From NCBI GenBank assembly GCA_020630225.1, contig JAHDBS010000005.1:1-37896 (forward strand): DNA of 37,896 nucleotides, in the 5' to 3' direction. The notes under the pieces were generated by a model, which made no database searches, was not told the origin of the DNA, and saw only the letters and a list, made by a program, of their open reading frames with translations. Made by a program: the position numbers and the translations under genes. Shown in pieces: positions 16,864-24,989 of this stretch. This stretch comes from Anaerolineales bacterium (GTDB taxonomy: Bacteria; Chloroflexota; Anaerolineae; Anaerolineales; UBA6668). How positions within the stretch are numbered: the first letter of the stretch is position 1; every line of letters begins with the position of its first letter.

Positions 16864-17988
16864 ATGACGATTGAATTCAATCCTTTGTTATCTAATCCTG
16901 CTGAGTCGCCAACCTTACCTGGACATTTTTATTCCGACCCGCAGGTGTTGAAACTTGAGAAAGAGACTATTTTTTATAAGCATTGGCAACTGGTTGCGCA
17001 TGTGTCGCAGCTGCCAAATGTGGGTAGTTATGTAACTTCTCAAATTGTGGATCAGGATGTCATTGTCCTGCGTGGACAGTCGGGTGCGATAAAAGCTTTT
17101 TATAACGTATGTCAGCATCGGGCGCATGAATTGTTGAGTGGGCGTGGGGAGGTCAAATCGCGTATTGTGTGCCCGTATCATGCGTGGACCTATGACTTGA
17201 ATGGGTCGCTCACAACAGCCCGGCATTGTGATCACATGCCTAACTTTGCTAAACAAGACTACGGACTAGTTCCAGTTCGCACTGAAGTTGCGTTGGGGTT
17301 TATCTTCGTCAATTTAGATGACAATGCCCCTAGTCTGCAGAGCGTTGCTGGAGAGATGTTCGCGGATATGCAAGAGCAATGTCCATGGATTACCGAAATG
17401 GTTGTGGACCCAGTCTTGTCGGAAGACAGCTGGGAAGGCGCACCGCTAAATGCAAATTGGAAGGTCCTCGCAGAGAACTGTTTGGAGTGCTACCACTGTG
17501 CGGTGGCGCACCCTGCGTTTGTGGATTTAGTGGATCTTGATGATTACGTTTGCCAACCGCATGACAATTGGCTGCGTAGTTATGGCAAGCTCCGCAAGTA
17601 CAAGAACAAAGCCTACGATGTTGAGCCAGACGAGCCGTCACAAAATGCTATCTTTTGGCATCTATGGCCAAATGTGGAGTTTGGTGTTGTTCCTGGCGAA
17701 GCGGCCATTGGTGGCTTTCGGTTTTATCCAGCAAGTTCGCACGTTACAAAGATGACCTCCATCATGTTGACTAAGCCAGGTGAAAGTATCAAAGAAGATC
17801 GCATTAACTATCGCTGGAATGTTCTTTGGGCAGAGGATGAGGCTATCTGTCAATCTGTGCATCGGGGGTTACAATCGAAAGGTTATCGACAAGGCCGCTT
17901 TGTTGTTGACCCGACATATGAGGGCATCAGCGAGCACGCGGTGCATTATTTTCAACTCAAATATGCAAAGGCGCTTGGCTTGAAATAG
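16864..17988 (+). CDS. Rieske [2Fe-2S] non-heme-iron oxygenase, alpha/oxygenase subunit (GbcA/CntA/Stc2/VanA-like demethylating monooxygenase class)
   Basis: The Rieske motif is CQHRAH-x16-CPYHAW. The mononuclear Fe site is ENCLECYHCAVAHP (H-x4-H). The N-terminal LPGHFYSDPQVLKLEKETIFYKHWQLVAH is typical of the class. ATG 16864 is the only start upstream of that block and outside the terminator. Confidence 0.85.
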   Translation: MTIEFNPLLSNPAESPTLPGHFYSDPQVLKLEKETIFYKHWQLVAHVSQLPNVGSYVTSQIVDQDVIVLRGQSGAIKAFYNVCQHRAHELLSGRGEVKSRIVCPYHAWTYDLNGSLTTARHCDHMPNFAKQDYGLVPVRTEVALGFIFVNLDDNAPSLQSVAGEMFADMQEQCPWITEMVVDPVLSEDSWEGAPLNANWKVLAENCLECYHCAVAHPAFVDLVDLDDYVCQPHDNWLRSYGKLRKYKNKAYDVEPDEPSQNAIFWHLWPNVEFGVVPGEAAIGGFRFYPASSHVTKMTSIMLTKPGESIKEDRINYRWNVLWAEDEAICQSVHRGLQSKGYRQGRFVVDPTYEGISEHAVHYFQLKYAKALGLK

Positions 17989-18031
17989 TCATCAGCGCTA
18001 ACGCCTTATTACTAAATTTAGGCAGTATCCA

Positions 18032-19156
18032 ATGAAGCATCCGATCCCAAAGATTTCACTGACTGCACGTATTCGCAAGTCGCCTTACTACGACGCAACG
18101 GTTAAGCACGGCATTAAGGTGCTGTCAGTCTATAACCACATGTATATGCCATCGATTTATGAAGATCTGATGACAGACTATGAGAACCTAACCAAACGCG
18201 TCACACTTTGGGATGTTGCGGTAGAACGCCAAGTTGAGATTGTTGGGCCAGACGCCGCAGCATTTACACAATATCTAACGTGTCGTGATATCAGCAAATG
18301 TAAAGTGGGGCAGTGTATGTACGTGCCCATTGTAGATGACCAAGGTGGGCTGCTAAATGATCCGATTATGCTCAAGTTAGCTGAGGATCGATTTTGGCTT
18401 TCTTTGGCTGACTATGACATTTTACTCTGGGCGAAAGGTCTCAATGTTCATATGAAACTGGATGTTGAAATTTTCGAGCCAGATGTATCGCCACTTGCAG
18501 TTCAGGGACCGAACTCAACTGCACTTATGGTTGACTTGTTTGGGGATTGGATAAATGAGTTGAAATTCTTTTGGTTTCGGGAAGCCGAACTAAATGGAAT
18601 TCCAATGGTCATTGCGCGTTCAGGGTGGAGCAAGCAGGGCGGCTTTGAACTTTACTTGCAAGACGGATCACGCGGTGTTGAGTTATGGGAAACGGTTTGG
18701 GCTGCTGGTGAAAAATACGGTATTGCGCCTGGCGCACCGCATGGGATTGAACGTATCGAAAGCGGATTGCTCAACTATGGGCATGACCTATTGCCAGATA
18801 TGAACCCGTGGGAAGCGGGCTTAGGGCAGTATGTGCATTTAGACATGGTAGCCAACTTTGTTGCTAAAGACGCGTTGAAAGCGATTAAGGCAGACGGAAT
18901 CAAGCGTCAGTTAGTTGGCGTAATTATTGACGGTGATCCATTGCCAGTGAATGATCAAAACTGGAACATTCCGGGCTACTCAATGGCTGAAGCACGTCTG
19001 ACAAGTTTTACTTGGTCGCCGCGCTATCAACAAAATGTAGGGATGGCGCTGTTGCCAATTGCGATGACAACAGTGGGCACACGGTTAACCGTAAACACGC
19101 CTCACGGTCATTTGCTGGCGACCGTGGTTGGACTGCCATTTTCAAAAACACTGTAG
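18032..19156 (+). CDS. GcvT-fold aminomethyltransferase, DmdA-like, paralog of 2987..4123
   Basis: ARIRKSPYYDATVKHGIKVLSVYNHMYMPSIY, WDVAVERQVEIVGPDAA, ARSGWSKQGGFELY and HGIERIESGLLNYGHD share the same conserved blocks as the first paralog and, as I recall it, DmdA. Confidence 0.8.
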   Translation: MKHPIPKISLTARIRKSPYYDATVKHGIKVLSVYNHMYMPSIYEDLMTDYENLTKRVTLWDVAVERQVEIVGPDAAAFTQYLTCRDISKCKVGQCMYVPIVDDQGGLLNDPIMLKLAEDRFWLSLADYDILLWAKGLNVHMKLDVEIFEPDVSPLAVQGPNSTALMVDLFGDWINELKFFWFREAELNGIPMVIARSGWSKQGGFELYLQDGSRGVELWETVWAAGEKYGIAPGAPHGIERIESGLLNYGHDLLPDMNPWEAGLGQYVHLDMVANFVAKDALKAIKADGIKRQLVGVIIDGDPLPVNDQNWNIPGYSMAEARLTSFTWSPRYQQNVGMALLPIAMTTVGTRLTVNTPHGHLLATVVGLPFSKTL

Positions 19157-19303
19157 AGTCGTGGATAGGCTGGTAAGCGCATTAAGATGCGGATCGCACA
19201 ACTAAGTTTCAAAATAAATGCACAGTTCTTAGGTGGATCCTTAGCGACTTGTAGCCTTGCGAGTGGAAAGGAGTATCTTCCAACTCTCAACTGTCAACAG
19301 ACG

Positions 19304-20869
19304 TTAGTTAGCCCAACGCTGATTTCCCGGACGCATTGCGCTTGGGTCTAAGACAATTGGAAATTTAGCCCGAATGGCGGCATCTGTTGTGGCATCAACA
19401 TGGCTTGGGTAGTGTGTCCGCATTATGGTTTTGACTTTTTCTTGAGCACGTTCCAGTATGCTAGTTGCGCCTTCGGCTTCCCATACCCCAAGCCCATTGC
19501 GGTCAGCTAGCTCTGGATAAAGGTAATCCGTTTCCATGCGTTCAAGAGTCTGGGGTTGGCCTAAGAAGTGGCCTGGGCCTAGGACGGCCTCACGAATTAC
19601 ATCAATTGACAGGGTTTCTTCGTTGACTTCAAGGCCTGCGAGGACACGTTGGGCGGCGCCTAACATATCATTGTCAATTACAAGTGCCTCTAGACTACAG
19701 CCCAACAAACTTCCGAGCATTCCTGCTGACTCCAACACACGGTTGGCTCCAGCTAACCCCGCAGTCACAGCGGTAATCCCTTTTTCATATCCGGCCTGGG
19801 CATCAGGATGTTTAGAATCAGTCATGCAGGCAGCAACGCTTGTAGGTAAGTCATAGAAGCGGCCAATTTGTGCACAGCAGGCCATGACAAGCGCCTCTTC
19901 TCCACTGCCTCCGGTAAATGCGCCAGTGCGTAAGTCTGACACAAACGGCCAAATTGCAAACGTCATTGGGCAACCGGGATTGATAATGTTGACTAGTGCT
20001 AAGCAGGCTAGCCCCTCTGCCGTGACCTGCGCTAATGAGCCAGCTAAGGCTGCTGGGGCTGTCGCACCAGCTTGGGGCGCAATCGCAATGTCATTGATGA
20101 GCCCCAACTTGCTTGTTTCAACTAAGACTTTGAGATTTTCTTCCCCAAATTTGAGTGGCGACACAATAGGGCAGCCTCCAAACGAGAGGAACGGCTTCTT
20201 TGCAAACCGGCCTTCACCACCAAGCACCATATCGAACAACTCAATCGCTGGCGCAATGTTTTCAACGTCGTTGAAGGTCATTTCACATGGCTTCTGCGTA
20301 GAGACAGCAGCAACGTAAGCAACGTTTATGTCATGAACGTATAAATCGGTGAGTTCGGTTGGGACGACCGTTTGCCCAAACTGATGTAAATTGTCGAGGG
20401 TATCAATTAGGCGCCCGCAGTCATATAAGTCTGTAATTGTGGACGCGCGAAAGGTACGGTTGACAGAGTCGTACATTCGAACGGCTTCACCACTGGATGC
20501 ATAATTGACGTGATAGCCACCAACGTGCACATCGGCAAATTCAGGACTGCGGCTGTAGATCGTATATTCCCGCGCAGCGCAGGCGATCATGTCTTCTACG
20601 AGTTGGCGTGGATAGCAGAGCCGACCATGCTCATTGAGAAAGCAGCCAGCAGCCGTTGCAATTTCAATTACTTCGTCTGTTGGGTCAGCAATTCCGATTG
20701 TTTCTAAAATTTCGAGCGCAGCCTGATGAATTTGCTGTAAATCTGTTTCGGAAAGAGGTTTGTATTGGCCGCCCAATAAGCCAGCTTTTACTGGTCGTTT
20801 TGAAACTGCGGCGGCGCGCATTGCGACCCGCGTTGCTCTTGCATTTTGTTGACGGCGTTTTCGTTTCAC
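19304..20869 (-). CDS. MttB-superfamily methyltransferase, non-pyrrolysine member (quaternary-amine:corrinoid methyltransferase-like, MtgB-type)
   Basis: The Arg/Lys-rich N-terminus is followed by GLLGGQYKPLSETDLQQIHQAALEILETIGI, and the central block is FGGCPIVSPLKF...APQAGATAPAALAGSLAQ. The ORF is uninterrupted, with no in-frame TAG. Start chosen at GTG 20869 with AAGGA-N5, 17 nt after the upstream stop. The track start at 21016 overlaps the preceding gene. Confidence 0.85.
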   Translation of the reverse strand: MKRKRRQQNARATRVAMRAAAVSKRPVKAGLLGGQYKPLSETDLQQIHQAALEILETIGIADPTDEVIEIATAAGCFLNEHGRLCYPRQLVEDMIACAAREYTIYSRSPEFADVHVGGYHVNYASSGEAVRMYDSVNRTFRASTITDLYDCGRLIDTLDNLHQFGQTVVPTELTDLYVHDINVAYVAAVSTQKPCEMTFNDVENIAPAIELFDMVLGGEGRFAKKPFLSFGGCPIVSPLKFGEENLKVLVETSKLGLINDIAIAPQAGATAPAALAGSLAQVTAEGLACLALVNIINPGCPMTFAIWPFVSDLRTGAFTGGSGEEALVMACCAQIGRFYDLPTSVAACMTDSKHPDAQAGYEKGITAVTAGLAGANRVLESAGMLGSLLGCSLEALVIDNDMLGAAQRVLAGLEVNEETLSIDVIREAVLGPGHFLGQPQTLERMETDYLYPELADRNGLGVWEAEGATSILERAQEKVKTIMRTHYPSHVDATTDAAIRAKFPIVLDPSAMRPGNQRWAN

Positions 20870-20885
20870 GGGTTTCCTTAGGTCG

Positions 20886-21932
20886 TTATTGTGTTTTTGC
20901 GTATTGTAGGGCGACAAAGGCGAAGGCTTTTGCAGCTTCGCCAAGGTTTGCCATACGCTTGTCTTTTGTTGCCCCCGAAAGATAGCGCCCATAAAGCTGT
21001 TGCAAAATGACAGCAAGCTTGCAGTAGGCTAAGCCCTGATACCAGTTGATCCTTGAGAGATCATAGCCAGAGTATTTCGCATATAACTCAATCAGGACAT
21101 CTTTTTCAGGGAAATTGCCATGCAGTACAACCGGCAGTTCAATTCCCTTTAGATGATTGTCTGGCCAGTAACTTAGGCTGACTCCAAAATCGACTAATGG
21201 ATCGCCTATTGTGCACATGTCCCAGTCCAGCATTGTTGTAATTTCATCTGGATTGTTTGGCTGAAATTGGCAGTTATCGAACTTGATGTCGTTGTGAACG
21301 AGGGCTATTGCTTGAGCCTTGGGAATGTCTTTGCCTAGAATTTCAAGCGCCTTGTACATTGCAGGTGTTGGGTCTGTCTCTACGAGCGACCAGCGTTTTT
21401 CTGCACCAGCCAATTGGCGCTCTACAAAGCCAGCTGGCTTCCCTAGATCTAATAGATCGGCTTCCGCTACATCAACTGTATGAAACGCAGCTTCCGTTCG
21501 CATGAGTGCATCGGTCATGCGATATTCGACGTTGTCTAAATCTTGGAATTCTTTTGGAACCCGATAGCGGGCCACAATGCCTTTGCGGCGTTCCATAATC
21601 ACAAAATTAGCCCCGATGATGCTTTCATCAGCACAAAAGTGAAATGCTTTTGGTGCAGCTGGGAAAAATGGATTGAGCTTAGACAGTACACGATATTCCC
21701 GTTTCATATCGTGTGCGCCGGGCGCAATCTTTCCGAATGGCGGACGACGCAAGACGAGCTCGCGATCCTCGAAACGCAATAGATAAGTCAGATTGGCATG
21801 ACCGCCGAAAAACTGCTCTACCTCCATGGGACCCGAGAGGTCTGGCATTGCTGCTTGGAGATATGTTTCAAGGGTGGTCCAATCTAGGTCTTCACCGGGT
21901 CGAATGCTTGCTGTGTCCTTCATATAAGTCAT
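20886..21932 (-). CDS. Phosphotransferase (APH / ACAD10-11 N-terminal kinase-like) family protein
   Basis: The nucleotide-binding N-lobe is FFGGHANLTYLLRF...LVLRRPP. The catalytic loop LVHNDIKFDNCQF and DWDMCTIGDPLVDF (DxD) are present. The start is uncertain (ATG 21932 or 21923). The upstream part of the track ORF has no support. Confidence 0.8.
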   Translation of the reverse strand: MTYMKDTASIRPGEDLDWTTLETYLQAAMPDLSGPMEVEQFFGGHANLTYLLRFEDRELVLRRPPFGKIAPGAHDMKREYRVLSKLNPFFPAAPKAFHFCADESIIGANFVIMERRKGIVARYRVPKEFQDLDNVEYRMTDALMRTEAAFHTVDVAEADLLDLGKPAGFVERQLAGAEKRWSLVETDPTPAMYKALEILGKDIPKAQAIALVHNDIKFDNCQFQPNNPDEITTMLDWDMCTIGDPLVDFGVSLSYWPDNHLKGIELPVVLHGNFPEKDVLIELYAKYSGYDLSRINWYQGLAYCKLAVILQQLYGRYLSGATKDKRMANLGEAAKAFAFVALQYAKTQ

Positions 21933-21991
21933 GTGAGGGTAGTGTGTGATGTCTGTCTGAGCAATTCTCTCACAGGCCAAGGGCGATTGGA

Positions 21992-22753
21992 TTACTTGAA
22001 CGCAGCCGCTAGCTTCGTGGTCTCAATTCTCAAGACGCTCATGTCGGACCCAACCGCAACAAAGCTGTAGCCCCATTCCATATAACGCTTAGCATCCTCT
22101 TGATTGAAGGCCAAGATGCCGCCCGGCACACCTAATGCGTTGAGCTGATCAATTGCAGACTTCAATGCAGCTTGCACATCGGGGTGCTTCGCATTGCCCA
22201 AGTGCCCAAGCGATGCAGATAAATCTGAAGGGCCAACGAAAACGGCATCTACGCCGGGAACAGATGCAATTTCTTTGATGTTTTTGAGTGCTTCACCAGA
22301 TTCAATTTGAACGACAACACAAATTTCAGCAGCAGCTTTGTGGAGGTAACCATCGACACGCCCATAATGAGCACCACGGCCACTCCCAGTTACACCGCGA
22401 ACGCCTTCTGGTGGGTAGCGGGTTGCCGCAACAGCGGCTTTTGCCTCATCTGTATTTTGGACAAATGGAATTAGTAGCGACTGTACGCCGATATCCAGCA
22501 AGCGTTTGATGAGAACGGTATCGTTCCAAGCAGGGCGCACGAGAACGCTTGCACTGCCGAGCGCCATTGCCTGCATTTGGGCTACCAATCCTGGGGTTTC
22601 ATTTGGGCTGTGTTCCGTGTCGATTAAGATCCAGTCAAACCCGCTATGAGAAATAATTTCGGCCACAATATTCGAGCATAGTGCTGACCACAAGCCAATT
22701 TGTGTCTTGCCTTCAGCAAGTCCAGCTTTGAAATGATTTTTTGGGAGTTCCAT
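21992..22753 (-). CDS. hpaI: 4-hydroxy-2-oxoheptanedioate (HpcH/HpaI) aldolase
   Basis: Close full-length resemblance to E. coli HpaI as I recall it (QIGLW, GFDW.LID.EH.PN, VRP.WND, ATRYPP.G.RG, V.VQIE, GVD..F.GP.DLSA). ATG 22753 lies 11 nt after the upstream stop. Confidence 0.85.
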   Translation of the reverse strand: MELPKNHFKAGLAEGKTQIGLWSALCSNIVAEIISHSGFDWILIDTEHSPNETPGLVAQMQAMALGSASVLVRPAWNDTVLIKRLLDIGVQSLLIPFVQNTDEAKAAVAATRYPPEGVRGVTGSGRGAHYGRVDGYLHKAAAEICVVVQIESGEALKNIKEIASVPGVDAVFVGPSDLSASLGHLGNAKHPDVQAALKSAIDQLNALGVPGGILAFNQEDAKRYMEWGYSFVAVGSDMSVLRIETTKLAAAFK

Positions 22754-22763
22754 ATGATGTTTG

Positions 22764-23546
22764 TTATTCGAATCCAATTGAGATTGTGCCAAGGTTACCA
22801 AAGTCGGCATGAATAGTATCGCCCACTTGCGCCCAGATAGGCCGGACATAAGACCCTGCGAGCAATATTTGCCCTTTTTCTAGTTTTTCGCCAATTTCGT
22901 GAAGTTTGCGCGCTAGCCAAGCAATGCCGTTGGCGGGGTGGTTCATCACACCTGCTGACACGCCTGTTTCTTCAATTTGTGTGTTCCGTGACAAAATTCC
23001 CGGCACCATGCGGAGATCTACATCGAATGGGCGAACCGGATTGCCGCCTAAGACTAGGCCAGCGCCAGCGCCATTATCAGAAATGGTGTCATAAATCTTG
23101 CGTGGTTCATCAACGCGCGTGTCAATGAGTTCGAGGGCAGGGACGACATAGTTTGTTGCTCGCATGACGTCTACCATGTTGACGTGTGGACCTTCTAAAA
23201 CATCCCCTAGCACAAATGCGAGCTCAAGCTCGACACGCGGCACACAATAGTCAGCGTGTTTGAGAATACCACCATCAGGCTGCATATAGTGCCGATACAA
23301 ATAGCCGTAGTCTGGCTCGTCAATTTTTGAGGAGCGGCGCATGGCAACAGAGGTTAGGCCCACTTTGTAGCCAATGAGCTCAGCTCCAGCGTCAATAGTC
23401 GCCATGGCTACGCCACGCGAAATTGCATAGGCATCATCAAAGGTAATGTGCGGATAGCGAGCAGAAGGTCGCAGCGTTTGTACTTTTGTTTTGTTTGCTT
23501 CGATGAGCGCATCGATGCAAAGTTGGCGTTCTTCAGAAGTCAGCAT
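22764..23546 (-). CDS. hpaH: 2-oxo-hept-4-ene-1,7-dioate hydratase (HpaH/HpcG; MhpD-type hydratase fold)
   Basis: Blocks KVGLTS.AM, DEPDYG, VPR.E.ELAFVL, VVPALELID.R, DTISDN, IEETGV.AGV.NHPANG.AWLA.KL match HpcG/HpaH. Confidence 0.8.
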   Translation of the reverse strand: MLTSEERQLCIDALIEANKTKVQTLRPSARYPHITFDDAYAISRGVAMATIDAGAELIGYKVGLTSVAMRRSSKIDEPDYGYLYRHYMQPDGGILKHADYCVPRVELELAFVLGDVLEGPHVNMVDVMRATNYVVPALELIDTRVDEPRKIYDTISDNGAGAGLVLGGNPVRPFDVDLRMVPGILSRNTQIEETGVSAGVMNHPANGIAWLARKLHEIGEKLEKGQILLAGSYVRPIWAQVGDTIHADFGNLGTISIGFE

Positions 23547-23552
23547 ATGTTG

Positions 23553-24548
23553 TTAGTCAGGAGCAATAATCGGTACAGCTTGTAACGATGCAGGCTTAGG
23601 TGTTAGTCCTTCAAATTCCATTCCTAATTCAAACCAAGAGCGGGGCGCAGCTTGGCCCCAGAGTGTTTGGCGCATAGGATCATGCAAATTCCAGATACGT
23701 GCCGGATGGTCAGGGTCAACCGTTTGATAGTCACTCACATAGGGTTCAATGCGGTGTCCATCACGGTCACGTAGATACAAGAAAAATGCGTTTGCAATGC
23801 CGTGGCGTCCAGGGCCACGTTCCAGTGAATCACGCCAGCCATTGGATGCCATTGAATCACATAAGTGAATGATATCTTGAACTGATGGCATCCAAACTCC
23901 CATGTGATGCAATCTTGGGCCTAGTCCATTGGTAAAGGCGAAGTCATGTACGCCTCCTTTGCGATGTATCCAAGTTGCCATATAGGGTGATTCGGAATCT
24001 CTTTTGTCAAGGACGGTGGCTTCAGTGACGCGAAAGCCCAACTGTGAAACATAGAATGCTGTGGCCGCGTTGACATCATTATGAAACATGTTGGCATGGT
24101 CAATGCGCTGCACTCTGGCACCATGATACAAATGATATTTTTGCAGAATATCACTGCCCCGATCCATTTCATAATACAACTCAAGTGGCATTCCAAACGG
24201 GTCGGTTGTGCGCAGGGTGCGACCTTGGGCATGGCGTTGCACCCATTCTACTGATTGTCCAAGACCTTGGAAAAAAACAAAGGCTTTGTCTAGATCGTCT
24301 TCCGAGAATACTTTTAGACCAAGGTAACTAACTTTGGGGACATCCCCTTTGCGCAGAATGAGTGAATGATGGTTCAACTCTTCCATCCCGCGCAGGTAAA
24401 GGGCGTCTTTCGTTTCTTCTTCTAAATGATACCCAACTAAATCAACATAGTATTCTTTCGAATAGCCAAGGTCAGTGACGATCCATTCCAGATGGCTGAC
24501 GCGGACAATGTTGAATGGCGGGGTGAAGTTGATGATGTCGTTTGGCAT
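23553..24548 (-). CDS. hpaD: Homoprotocatechuate (3,4-dihydroxyphenylacetate) 2,3-dioxygenase, type I extradiol (VOC fold)
   Basis: WIHRKGGVHDFAFTNGLGPRLHHMGVW and ERGPGRHGIANAFFLYLRDRDGHRIEPY match the Brevibacterium/Arthrobacter HPCD/MndD sequences as I recall them. The two-His-one-carboxylate ligand positions are conserved. Confidence 0.85.
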   Translation of the reverse strand: MPNDIINFTPPFNIVRVSHLEWIVTDLGYSKEYYVDLVGYHLEEETKDALYLRGMEELNHHSLILRKGDVPKVSYLGLKVFSEDDLDKAFVFFQGLGQSVEWVQRHAQGRTLRTTDPFGMPLELYYEMDRGSDILQKYHLYHGARVQRIDHANMFHNDVNAATAFYVSQLGFRVTEATVLDKRDSESPYMATWIHRKGGVHDFAFTNGLGPRLHHMGVWMPSVQDIIHLCDSMASNGWRDSLERGPGRHGIANAFFLYLRDRDGHRIEPYVSDYQTVDPDHPARIWNLHDPMRQTLWGQAAPRSWFELGMEFEGLTPKPASLQAVPIIAPD

Positions 24549-24551
24549 GGG

Positions 24552-24569
24552 TTAGTAGTGGAGAGTGAT
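24552..24569. repeat. Distal arm of the inverted repeat bracketing the four-helix-bundle gene
   Basis: TTAGTAGTGGAGAGTGAT. Its reverse complement occurs at 24954-24975 with a 4-nt insertion. It lies between the stop of the 4HB gene and the hpaD start codon. Confidence 0.7.
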
Positions 24570-24587
24570 GAGTGGACAGTGGCTAGG

Positions 24588-24950
24588 TCAAGCACGTAAT
24601 TTTGATGAAAGTGAACGTAACATTTTTTGAATTTCTATAACTTGTTTTTCGAGCATGCCGAAATCATTTTGATTTACATATCCTAGGCGAGTTGCAATTA
24701 GCAATTGCGTATGGACTTCAGCTAGGGAGCCTAAGGCAATAAATAGAAATTGCCGAAACTCGGATGTGTGTTGTCTTGCTTGGCCTTCTGCAATATTTGA
24801 AGGCACAGATACAGCAGCGCGACGCACCTGATTTGTGAGGCCAAATTGCTCGTGTTTAGGCCAGTTTTGGCTGATGTTATAAATATGTTCGACTAGATCG
24901 ACAGCTTTTTGCCAAACAATAAGATCGCGATAACTCTGAACTTTGCTCAA
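24588..24950 (-). CDS. Four-helix-bundle protein (23S rRNA intervening-sequence protein / Avd-like family)
   Basis: A 120-aa ORF with the family signature: YRDLIVWQKA..L...IY, SVPSNIAEGQAR.....F.QFL.IALGSL.E..TQL.IA..LGY. TTG start preceded by GGAGAG-N7. Confidence 0.8.
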   Translation of the reverse strand: MSKVQSYRDLIVWQKAVDLVEHIYNISQNWPKHEQFGLTNQVRRAAVSVPSNIAEGQARQHTSEFRQFLFIALGSLAEVHTQLLIATRLGYVNQNDFGMLEKQVIEIQKMLRSLSSKLRA

Positions 24951-24953
24951 CTA

Positions 24954-24975
24954 ATCACTCTCCACTCTCTACTAA
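24954..24975. repeat. Proximal arm of the inverted repeat bracketing the four-helix-bundle gene
   Basis: ATCACTCTCCA-CTCT-CTACTAA is the reverse complement of TTAGTAG-(AGAG)-TGGAGAGTGAT. It gives 18 matching positions against 24552-24569 with one 4-nt bulge. It contains the RBS of the 4HB ORF. Confidence 0.7.
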
Positions 24976-24989
24976 TCACTTTGCCGAAT

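Noticed and set aside
19536-20985. Several 100-144-aa plus-strand ORFs opposite the MttB gene
   Set aside because: All are nested in the MttB-family CDS, which has clear family blocks. None shows recognisable motifs or an RBS.
19304-21016. Pyrrolysine (TAG) recoding or a long 570-aa form of the MttB homolog
   Set aside because: The ORF has no internal amber codon, so no Pyl is needed. The first ~49 codons of the track ORF overlap the 3' end of the kinase gene, whereas GTG 20869 has a good AAGGA RBS.
24588-24950. The four-helix-bundle gene as the Avd component of a diversity-generating retroelement
   Set aside because: The window contains no reverse transcriptase gene and no template/variable repeat pair. 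The only repeats are the short flanking inverted repeats.
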